Of a stretch of DNA of 64,000 nucleotides, positions 13,601-24,330 are shown piece by piece. How positions within the stretch are numbered: the first letter of the stretch is position 1; each line of letters begins with the position of its first letter. Position numbers and translations under genes: made by a program. The notes under the pieces are model-generated. The model ran no database searches and was not told where the DNA came from. It worked only from the letters and a program-made list of their open reading frames with translations. Origin of the DNA: Cyanophora paradoxa CCMP329 (Eukaryota > Plantae > Glaucophyta); assembly GCA_004431415.1 (NCBI GenBank), contig QPMI01000478.1, positions 124,001 to 188,000 of the forward strand. Direction: 5' to 3'.

Positions 13601-13843
13601 GTAAGCAGGCTGCAACGCATCCCTGATTTGATGGCACACGCACGCTTTTTGGAAGCAGATACATGTGCCGCGGCCGGCTGGGATGCGTCGACGTCGACCT
13701 CTCGATTCTCAAGGGCGGTAGTGGCTACAGCCCCAAGCAGCTCTAGGCCTCCGACATGTGATTGCTCTAGATCTGTGTTCAGTGCTCATGATCAGTGGCT
13801 GATGTAGGGCGAGCACGTAATTATAACGACCGCGCTGCACCAT
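10607..13843 (-). CDS. Divergent class-III (PLP-dependent) aminotransferase-like protein, multi-exon, with N-terminal extension
   Basis: Manually spliced exons give, in the expected order: TLANTGSTSDQES (~NSGSEA); WGTSRGALG (~YHGRTLGAL); IIICEAIQ...FLVQLSAICQKFSIALVFDESLTGACRTGLSFFAFEQF (11727-11595, 11518-11388); VVTGKML (PLP lysine); HRYIFPID (~RFxPPL). Intron phases were consistent where checked. The terminal exons are less certain. Confidence 0.8.
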
Positions 13844-15103
13844 TGCTCGGCGAATTTGAATTCGAAATCGAAAAGGAACTTTGCACATGACGTCGACTGG
13901 AGGATTCGAATTCGGCCGCAGCCGCCTCCGCAGCCACCTTCCTCTTGGCGGCTTCAACTGCACGCACAGACAGATTACTCACAATGGAATGGACTCTTTG
14001 GGCTTTATATAGCGCAGCGGCTGCCTGGCGGCCGGCTAGCTGCAAAGGCCGCTGTGCATGGCCAGATCACTAGAGAGAAGCCTCCGCAAGCACAGCCGCC
14101 CTCGTCTTGGCGGCTGCACGCACAGTGACGATCTTTAAGATATATAGCTTAGCATGCTTAGCTTTTCATGATCAAGAGGCCGCCCGGTCGCTGGCTTAAA
14201 AAGCTTGCCAGGTCGCTGGCTACAGGGAGAGGCGGTTGCGGACCCCGAAGACTTCCGCTCGACAAGCTCATGCGCAAACGACACGCATACGAACCTGCTT
14301 CGCTTTCAAAGCCGTCTGGTCTCGCGGGAGTCTTGCCTCTTGCTGCCAACGATGCTGCGACACCTTTTTCGCTCTGCTTCGCCCGAAGCGCTGACTTCAC
14401 GCCACCACCTCGCTTTTTGGGGTCCTTCTTCAGATTGAACGTGACGTGCAGCTGGAGCGCCGCGCGCTCGCCAGGCATTGTGCTCGCCGTGCACTCGCTG
14501 CAGCTGGGGGGTACTGTCTTCGCAATCTCTCAAAAGCACTTCTCCTCGTAAATTGAACGAGCGATTCTCCTCGAGCTCTAGATATATAGATCGATATCTC
14601 TGCGCCTTTAGATCTCCGGATCCTCTAGCGAGCTTCACTCGAGCGCCAGCTGCAGAGCTCGAGACGTCGACGGACTTCCCCCCCCCCACCTTCGGAGACT
14701 GTACCCCCTATATTTTGCGAACGGCCTTCCTCGTTTGAAAAGCGAGCAGCTCTGCGCACCGAGCAGCTCAGCGACTGCTGCCGAATGCAGATCATGGAAG
14801 ATCGGAACGCAAGTCATTTGCGTGCGAGACCCTGAGGTGAAGTCAGGTTTGTGCGGTCATTTGCGGTCCAGGTGCGCTCCTTCTCATCACAGCTGTGCGC
14901 TTGCGATAGGCGGTTTCCTTAGTTGCGCAAACACGAAAGCAATTGGTTCGCAGCCGCTCATCCCCCCCACCCTCGGCCGTTGGCTGCAGCTGGCCATGGC
15001 CGTGGAATGGATCGATGGCGTCGCGCGCGCCGGCAAGCGCGACCTTCATTGAAGGTGCGCATTCCCTTGGCTGCAACTTATCATCATTTCCCGCCTGCTC
15101 ATA

Positions 15104-18100
15104 GCCGCGCCTCGCAGAGTGATCGCGATCGCTTTCTCGGGGGGCTGCAGCTGGCTCTGGCGGGCTGTTTCTGAACCGAGTGCTGGGGCGTCGCTCCGGC
15201 CGATCCGAGTGCATGGCGAAGGTCCGTTCCATCATTCATTTCGATATTTGTGCTCGTCTCAATCGTGCGACCTCGCAGGCATCTTGGGAGCTTCGAATTC
15301 GCTTTCGGCACTCTCGGCTTGGCCGCGCCGCACTGGTGGGCGGGCGGCGCTCTCGCTTCGTAATAAAGGTGAGTATCGCTGCTGCTGCAACTTCTAATCG
15401 TTTCGGGCCTGACCCGCGCCTCGCAGAGTGATCGCTTTCTCGGGGGATGGCTCTGGCGGTCTGTTTCTGACCCGAGTGCTGGGGCGTCGCTCCGGCCGAT
15501 CCGAGCGCATGGCGAAGGTCAGTTCCATCATTCATTTCGATATTTGCACTCGTCTCAATCGTGCGACCTCGCAGGCATCTTGGGAGCTTCGCTTTCGGCA
15601 CTCTCGGCGTGGCCGCGCCGCACCTGGTGGGCGGGCGGCGCTCTCGCTTCGTAATAAAGGTGAGTATCACTGCTGCTGCAACTTCTAATCGTTTCGGGCC
15701 TGACCCGCGCCTCGCAGAGTGATCGCTTTCTCGGGGGCATGGCTCTGGCGGGCTGTTTCTGACCCGAGTGCTGGGGCGTCGCTCCGGCCGCTCGGGGGGC
15801 TGCAGCTGGCTCTGGCGGGCTGTTTCTGAACCGAGTGCTGGGGCGTCGCTCCGGCCGATCCGAGTGCATGGCGAAGGTCCGTTCCATCATTCATTTCGAT
15901 ATTTGTGCTCGTCTCAATCGTGCGACCTCGCAGGCATCTTGGGAGCTTCGAATTCGCTTTCGGCACTCTCGGCGTGGCCGCGCCGCACCTGGTGGGCGGG
16001 CGGCGCTCTCGCTTCGTAATAAAGGTGAGTATCACTGCTGCTGCAACTTCTAATCGTTTCGGGCCTGACCCGCGCCTCGCAGAGTGATCGCTTTCTCGGG
16101 GGCATGGCTCTGGCGGGCTGTTTCTGACCCGAGTGCTGGGGCGTCGCTCCGGCCGCTCGGGGGCTGCAGCTGGCTCTGGCGGGCTGTTTCTGAACCGAGT
16201 GCTGGGGCGTCGCTCCGGCCGATCCGAGTGCATGGCGAAGGTCCGTTCCATCATTCATTTCGATATTTGTGCTCGTCTCAATCGTGCGACCTCGCAGGCA
16301 TCTTGGGAGCTTCGAATTCGCTTTCGGCACTCTCGGCTTGGCCGCGCCGCACCTGGTGGGCGGGCGGCGCTCTCGCTTCGTAATAAAGGTGAGTATCGCT
16401 GCTGCTGCAACTTCTAATCGTTTCGGGCCTGACCCGCGCCTCGCAGAGTGATCGCTTTCTCGGGGGATGGCTCTGGCGGGCTGTTTCTGACCCGAGTGCT
16501 GGGGCGTCGCTCCGGCCGATCCGAGCGCATGGCGAAGGTCAGTTCCATCATTCATTTCGATATTTGCACTCGTCTCAATCGTGCGACCTCGCAGGCATCT
16601 TGGGAGCTTCGCTTTCGGCACTCTCGGCGTGGCCGCGCCGCACCTGGTGGGCGGGCGGCGCTCTCGCTTCGTAATAAAGGTGAGTATCACTGCTGCTGCA
16701 ACTTCTAATCGTTTCGGGCCTGACCCGCGCCTCGCAGAGTGATCGCTTTCTCGGGGCATGGCTCTGGCGGGCTGTTTCTGACCCGAGTGCTGGGGCGTCG
16801 CTCCGGCCGATCCGAGCGCATGGCGAAGGTCAGTTCCATCATTCATTTCGATATTTGCACTCGTCTCAATCGTGCGACCTCGCAGGCATCTTGGAGCTTC
16901 GCTTTCGGCACTCTCGGCGTGGCCGCGCCGCACCTGGTGGGCGGGCGGCGCTCTCGCTTCGTAATAAAGGTGAGTATCGCTGCTGCTGCAACTTCTAATC
17001 GTTTCGGGCCTGACCCGCGCCTCGCAGAGTGATCGCTTTCTCGGGGCATGGCTCTGGCGGGCTGTTTCTGACCCGAGTGCTGGGGCGTCGCTCCGGCCGC
17101 TCGGGGGCTGCAGCTGGCTCTGGCGGGCTGTTTCTGAACCGAGTGCTGGGGCGTCGCTCCGGCCGATCCGAGTGCATGGCGAAGGTCCGTTCCATCATTC
17201 ATTTCGATATTTGTGCTCGTCTCAATCGTGCGACCTCGCAGGCATCTTGGGAGCTTCGAATTCGCTTTCGGCACTCTCGGCTTGGCCGCGCCGCACCTGG
17301 TGGGCGGGCGGCGCTCTCGCTTCGTAATAAAGGTGAGTATCGCTGCTGCTGCAACTTCTAATCGTTTCGGGCCTGACCCGCGCCTCGCAGAGTGATCGCT
17401 TTCTCGGGGGATGGCTCTGGCGGTCTGTTTCTGACCCGAGTGCTGGGGCGTCGCTCCGGCCGATCCGAGCGCATGGCGAAGGTCAGTTCCATCATTCATT
17501 TCGATATTTGCACTCGTCTCAATCGTGCGACCTCGCAGGCATCTTGGGAGCTTCGCTTTCGGCACTCTCGGCGTGGCCGCGCCGCACCTGGTGGGCGGGC
17601 GGCGCTCTCGCTTCGTAATAAAGGTGAGTATCACTGCTGCTGCAACTTCTAATCGTTTCGGGCCTGACCCGCGCCTCGCAGAGTGATCGCTTTCTCGGGG
17701 GCATGGCTCTGGCGGGCTGTTTCTGACCCGAGTGCTGGGGCGTCGCTCCGGCCGCTCGGGGGGCTGCAGCTGGCTCTGGCGGGCTGTTTCTGAACCGAGT
17801 GCTGGGCGTCGCTCCGGCCGATCCGAGTGCATGGCGAAGGTCCGTTCCATCATTCATTTCGATATTTGTGCTCGTCTCAATCGTGCGACCTCGCAGGCAT
17901 CTTGGGAGCTTCGAATTCGCTTTCGGCACTCTCGGCGTGGCCGCGCCGCACCTGGTGGGCGGGCGGCGCTCTCGCTTCGTAATAAAGGTGAGTATCACTG
18001 CTGCTGCAACTTCTAATCGTTTCGGGCCTGACCCGCGCCTCGCAGAGTGATCGCTTTCTCGGGGGCATGGCTCTGGCGGGCTGTTTCTGACCCGAGTGCT

Positions 18101-21100
18101 GGGGCGTCGCTCCGGCCGCTCGGGGGGCTGCAGCTGGCTCTGGCGGGCTGTTTCTGAACCGAGTGCTGGGGCGTCGCTCCGGCCGATCCGAGTGCATGGC
18201 GAAGGTCCGTTCCATCATTCATTTCGATATTTGTGCTCGTCTCAATCGTGCGACCTCGCAGGCATCTTGGGAGCTTCGAATTCGCTTTCGGCACTCTCGG
18301 CTTGGCCGCGCCGCACCTGGTGGGCGGGCGGCGCTCTCGCTTCGTAATAAAGGTGAGTATCGCTGCTGCTGCAACTTCTAATCGTTTCGGGCCTGACCCG
18401 CGCCTCGCAGAGTGATCGCTTTCTCGGGGATGGCTCTGGCGGGCTGTTTCTGACCCGAGTGCTGGGGCGTCGCTCCGGCCGATCCGAGCGCATGGCGAAG
18501 GTCAGTTCCATCATTCATTTCGATATTTGCACTCGTCTCAATCGTGCGACCTCGCAGGCATCTTGGGAGCTTCGCTTTCGGCACTCTCGGCGTGGCCGCG
18601 CCGCACCTGGTGGGCGGGCGGCGCTCTCGCTTCGTAATAAAGGTGAGTATCACTGCTGCTGCAACTTCTAATCGTTTCGGGCCTGACCCGCGCCTCGCAG
18701 AGTGATCGCTTTCTCGGGGGCATGGCTCTGGCGGGCTGTTTCTGACCCGAGTGCTGGGGCGTCGCTCCGGCCGATCCGAGCGCATGGCGAAGGTCCGTTC
18801 CATCATTCATTTCGATATTTGCACTCGTCTCAATCGTGCGACCTCGCAGGCATCTTGGGAGCTTCGCTTTCGGCACTCTCGGCGTGGCCGCGCCGCACCT
18901 GGTGGGCGGGCGGCGCTCTCGCTTCGTAATAAAGGTGAGTATCGCTGCTGCTGCAACTTCTAATCGTTTCGGGCCTGACCCGCGCCTCGCAGAGTGATCG
19001 CTTTCTCGGGGGCATGGCTCTGGCGGGCTGTTTCTGACCCGAGTGCTGGGGCGTCGCTCCGGCCGCTCGGGGGGCTGCAGCTGGCTCTGGCGGGCTGTTT
19101 CTGAACCGAGTGCTGGGGCGTCGCTCCGGCCGATCCGAGTGCATGGCGAAGGTCCGTTCCATCATTCATTTCGATATTTGTGCTCGTCTCAATCGTGCGA
19201 CCTCGCAGGCATCTTGGGAGCTTCGAATTCGCTTTCGGCACTCTCGGCTTGGCCGCGCCGCACCTGGTGGGCGGGCGGCGCTCTCGCTTCGTAATAAAGG
19301 TGAGTATCGCTGCTGCTGCAACTTCTAATCGTTTCGGGCCTGACCCGCGCCTCGCAGAGTGATCGCTTTCTCGGGGGATGGCTCTGGCGGGCTGTTTCTG
19401 ACCCGAGTGCTGGGGCGTCGCTCCGGCCGATCCGAGCGCATGGCGAAGGTCAGTTCCATCATTCATTTCGATATTTGCACTCGTCTCAATCGTGCGACCT
19501 CGCAGGCATCTTGGGAGCTTCGCTTTCGGCACTCTCGGCGTGGCCGCGCCGCACCTGGTGGGCGGGCGGCGCTCTCGCTTCGTAATAAAGGTGAGTATCA
19601 CTGCTGCTGCAACTTCTAATCGTTTCGGGCCTGACCCGCGCCTCGCAGAGTGATCGCTTTCTCGGGGGCATGGCTCTGGCGGGCTGTTTCTGACCCGAGT
19701 GCTGGGGCGTCGCTCCGGCCGCTCGGGGGGCTGCAGCTGGCTCTGGCGGGCTGTTTCTGAACCGAGTGCTGGGGCGTCGCTCCGGCCGATCCGAGTGCAT
19801 GGCGAAGGTCCGTTCCATCATTCATTTCGATATTTGTGCTCGTCTCAATCGTACGCGTGCGACCTCGCAGGCATCTTGGGAGCTTCGAATTCGCTTTCGG
19901 CACTCTCGGCTTGGCCGCGCCGCACCTGGTGGGCGGGCGGCGCTCTCGCTTCGTAATAAAGGTGAGTATCGCTGCTGCTGCAACTTCTAATCGTTTCGGA
20001 CCTGACCCGCGCCTCGCAGAGTGATCGCTTTCTCGGGGGATGGCTCTGGCGGGCTGTTTCTGACCCGAGTGCTGGGGCGTCGCTCCGGCCGATCCGAGCG
20101 CATGGCGAAGGTCAGTTCCATCATTCATTTCGATATTTGTGCTCGTCTCAATCGTACGCGTGCGACCTCGCAGGCATCTTGGGAGCTTCGAATTCGCTTT
20201 CGGCACTCTCGGCTTGGCCGCGCCGCACCTGGTGGGCGGGCGGCGCTCTCGCTTCGTAATAAAGGTGAGTATCGCTGCTGCTGCAACTTCTAATCGTTTC
20301 GGACCTGACCCGCGCCTCGCAGAGTGATCGCTTTCTCGGGGGATGGCTCTGGCGGGCTGTTTCTGACCCGAGTGCTGGGGCGTCGCTCCGGCCGATCCGA
20401 GCGCATGGCGAAGGTCAGTTCCATCATTCATTTCGATATTTGCACTCGTCTCAATCGTGCGACCTCGCAGGCATCTTGGGAGCTTCGCTTTCGGCACTCT
20501 CGGCGTGGCCGCGCCGCACCTGGTGGGCGGGCGGCGCTCTCGCTTCGTAATAAAGGTGAGTATCACTGCTGCTGCAACTTCTAATCGTTTCGGGCCTGAC
20601 CCGCGCCTCGCAGAGTGATCGCTTTCTCGGGGCATGGCTCTGGCGGGCTGTTTCTGACCCGAGTGCTGGGGCGTCGCTCCGGCCGATCCGAGCGCATGGC
20701 GAAGGTCCGTTCCATCATTCATTTCGATATTTGCACTCGTCTCAATCGTGCGACCTCGCAGGCATCTTGGGAGCTTCGCTTTCGGCACTCTCGGCGTGGC
20801 CGCGCCGCACCTGGTGGGCGGGCGGCGCTCTCGCTTCGTAATAAAGGTGAGTATCGCTGCTGCTGCAACTTCTAATCGTTTCGGGCCTGACCCGCGCCTC
20901 GCAGAGTGATCGCTTTCTCGGGGGGATGGCTCTGGCGGGCTGTTTCTGACCCGAGTGCTGGGGCGTCGCTCCGGCCGATCCGAGCGCATGGCGAAGGTCA
21001 GTTGCATCATTCATGTCGATATTTGCACTCGTCTCAATCGTGCGACCTCGCAGGCATCTTGGGAGCTTCGCTTTCGGCACTCTCGGTGTGGCCGCGCCGC

Positions 21101-21349
21101 ACCTGGTGGGCGGGCGGCGCTCTCGCTTCGTAATAAAGGTGAGTATCGCTGCTGCTGCAACTTCTAATCGTTTCGGGCCTGACCCGCGCCTCGCAGAGTG
21201 ATCGCTTTCTCGGGGGGATGGCTCTGGCGGGCTGTTTCTGACCCGAGTGCTGGGGCGTCGCTCCGGCCGATCCGAGCGCATGGCGAAGGTCAGTTCCATC
21301 ATTCATTTCGATATTTGCACTCGTCTCAATCGTGCGACCTCTCAGGCAT
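15104..21349 (+). repeat. Tandem array 2: about 20 units of about 291 bp (short) or about 365 bp (long)
   Basis: GTAATAAAGGTGAGT recurs 19 times; long units carry an internal duplication of about 67 bp and a GAATTC insertion. Confidence 0.95.
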
Positions 21350-23105
21350 CAGGTGCCGCAGCTGGAGGGCAGGCGCGCGGCGCTCGTACTTCGTAAATTA
21401 AAGAAGGCGAGTATCTCCGTAGCACTATCAATATAGCTAACAAAGATGACTATTGGTTAAAGCGCTATCTGTAGTGTACATGTATTAATTTTAGCGATAG
21501 GCGAGCACTACCAGCGATTTTAATGCGTTAGTACTAGCTATATAGTGTATTAATCATGGTTCACCGATCGATATCGCGAGTCACGGTTTCTTTAATTTTT
21601 GCAAAAGCGGACGTCGCATTGATACACCACGGCACATGTATCAATGTTCTACGTGACGTGCCCTTCCGATCGCGACCGGTCATCGATATCTATCTAGCCG
21701 GCCATGGGTCACCGAGTCACGGTTTCAGACGTCAACGTGTCACGTTTTCAGACGTCAATGTTGAATTCTTAAAGATAATGCCAGGATCTAGACTCGTTGA
21801 GTTCTATAGCCCCGCAGCCCCTCATGATCAACGACTGCTAATAGGCTTCATCTTTGCATGTCCCCTGGTCTGCGCAGATCAAGCCTAGATCGTGGCTGTA
21901 TCCGTAGCACTCTAGATCTTTATAAACCGTTGAACTGACTTGCAAATACGCTCGCAGTGCTTTTCTCCGGGCGGCGCCTCAACTGAACGGTCCTAGGCCT
22001 CGGACAAGGTGATTCATTCATGATTTGCAGCTGCACTAGCTATACCTATAGTACTAGATCTAGATTTGCAGCTGTACTATCATAGTACGGATCTGGCGTT
22101 ATATAATTAGATGAAATAGGCAATCTCTATTTTGAAATTCGAATTCAACCGCCGATCGAGAATCGAGATCCGTTGGTAACATTTGCATTCTATCGTTGCT
22201 ATATGTATCAATATTAATGCTATCATTCTAGATACAGATTAGAGAGCCGGCGCAAGCGCTAGCTATATATATGCAGATCTACCTCCTGCTGCAGTCCACT
22301 GATGATACGGCTTCCTTTTCCACAGGTCAGCTCTACATCCGCTCTGTATGTGTTCAGGTCCGAGTGCGAGCTCGCTCTAGATCTGCAATATACGTTTATA
22401 TATATACATGATTATTAAAACTGATTGCGGTATGGCTTTGTACGAATGTATACACGCAGTTTTCTTCTACTGGCCTGGCCTCCGCCAGCTGCAGCCGCCC
22501 GGTCAATATCATGATCATGAGGTGCTTTGAACTTGCAATTGCTATCATAGCAAGCTGCACTAGTAATATAGCTAATTATTGCTCGCATGCGCAGCGTTGG
22601 CATGCGTATGGCACGCGGTCATGAGTCATGATCATGATCCGCTGCAGCTGCAGCTGCAGCTGCGCGCAGCAAGCTTAAGTACTGAGTAGGAGATCTAGAG
22701 CAGCGCTATATATATAGCTAGCTATATACATTGCTCGCCTTGCAGCGTTAGCACAGCACGCGTACGATGCAGCCCAGCAAGCAGAAGATCATCGCGATCG
22801 GATCCCGGCCTAGCTAGCTCGGATCTTAGCTAGCTAGCTCGCTAGGATCTTAGCTAGCTATAGCTCGCTAGGATCTTAGCTAGCTCGTTAGCTTGAGTTG
22901 TACATGTGTATAAAGAGTACAGCGTTAACGTTGCGCATGTTTGGCGATGTAAAAACCAGCTAGCTAGATGGGTCGGGTAATGGGCAAACGAAAAAAAAGT
23001 TACCCGGTGGGAAACTCAGCGATGTTTCCCACCTGACGTTTCCCACCTGATGGTCCCCATGGGGGTCCTCCGCCCCGGTGTGTTACCTATAGGGTAACAT
23101 GCATG

Positions 23106-23143
23106 TGTTTCCCCCGGGAAACATACTTTCTTAGGCACCAGTG
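23106..23143 (-). repeat. Right TIR
   Basis: Reverse complement is CACTGGTGCCTAAGAAAGTATGTTTCCCGGGGGAAACA. Confidence 0.92.
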
Positions 23144-23275
23144 CTTGGCCATTCGAGTGCTAGGCCCGGGGCCTCTCCTGGACCGGGTACGCCGGGCCGG
23201 CGGCCGGCCCCCCCTCAGGGCCCGCAGCGGGTACGCCCCCGCGTCGATCGCGAACTCGCGATCGCGCCCGCGACA
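23144..23275 (-). repeat. Second LTR, right fragment (including the duplicated CTT)
   Basis: Matches 1058-1189 and is followed by GTAT. Confidence 0.93.
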
Positions 23276-24330
23276 GTATATATTGTTTTTATATTTTTTC
23301 TAATGCAGTAAAAGAGGAAAACCCCCGTGCGCATGCAGTACCTGGATCTGTGCTGATGCCATGATGATGAGCGTAATTCCAATCCGAGTGGCTGACGCTG
23401 CCGCGGACGCTGCTGCCCCGGCTCCCGCGAGGGCGGCGCCAGCCGGCCTCCCCCCCTCCTCCCCTCCTTCCCCCCCCCCGCTATCCCCCCCCCCGCCCCG
23501 GCCCCGCCTCCTCCCCCGCTTGAGCGGTTCCCTCCCCCCCCTCCCCCTCACTCGTACCCTCCCCCTTCCCCCACCCTCCACCCCCCCCCCCCCCAGGAGA
23601 ACAACGCGAATTCGAACGAGGGCTCGAATTCGTGGTAGATCTAGACAAGGACGACTCGAGCGTCACTCGGTGTGCAGTGTCGGCCAAGCCTCTTGATGCA
23701 AGCTTTTTATAGATCTAGAGCTGCGCCCTCCGTCGTCCCTTGCAATTAGAACTACTAAGTATCCGTCGCAGCTTACCTTATATATAGCTTACCTCTAGTT
23801 GGGCTTCAAGCTGCGGCCCGGCAGCAGATAGCTAGCGCTGGCATTCCGGCCTGGCGGACGCCTTTCTTTAATTATAACCAGTCATTAAGGCTTCTTGAAG
23901 CAAGCTTTCTCTCTAAGGCCTCAAGCTAGCTTAAGCTTAAGCCGGGCGCCGGCGGCCCGGCGGCCCGGGCCCTTACAGTTAGGCAGGTCGAATGCGCTGT
24001 TCATGATCATGATCAAGGAGATTTTCGCGCGCGGCGCGCGCGCGGGCCTCGCCCTCCACAAGGACGTCGACGAGCTCCAGCTTCAGGTGCTACCCCTTTA
24101 TGACAGTGCCGGGCCTTGACAGCGCTCAGCTCCCTATAAATCAAATGAAGTCCTCACGATTGACTTTGCACGCGAACTCACGCCCTCCGGATTTGATCCG
24201 CCGCAGAGCTCGAGGGGCCTCCCAAAAGACCTATTCAAGGTCCGCATGATATGTACGCGCTCATGATCAGGTGAGCCGGGGCTCAGCTGAGGTGAGCGGG
24301 GCCGGGCTCGGCCGCGAGTCTGATCGGAGC

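Larger units (their letters stand above)
4998..23143. mobile_element. CACTA/EnSpm (CMC)-type DNA transposon with CACTG termini, 18.1 kb, cargo-carrying, apparently non-autonomous
   Basis: 38-bp TIRs with 3 mismatches, CTT duplicated at 4995-4997 and 23144-23146 (the intact LTR shows the empty site CCACCTTGGCC), and subterminal GGGAAAC/GTTTCCC motifs at both ends. Confidence 0.92.
577..23275 (-). mobile_element. Non-autonomous LTR retrotransposon (gag only; about 4.5 kb without the nested insertion)
   Basis: Direct repeats 577-1189 and 4514-4997+23147-23275, TG...CA termini, GTAT on both flanks (573-576, 23276-23279), internal gag-like ORF on the minus strand. Confidence 0.93.

Noticed and set aside
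10607-13843. Plant mobile domain (aminotransferase-like, PF10536)
   Set aside because: The motifs match true class-III PLP enzymes; no PMD features were recognised.
14158-15052. Second cargo gene or transposase in the CACTG element
   Set aside because: Short protein-like stretches only; no consistent exon chain or DDE motif could be built.
15236-21306. Long minus-strand ORFs in array 2 (for example 19616-21010) and plus-strand ORFs in array 1
   Set aside because: Frames shift from unit to unit with G-run length, and the splice-like signals point to the opposite strand.
6672-21349. Arrays as CRISPR-like loci
   Set aside because: No unique spacers; whole units repeat, and no cas genes are present.
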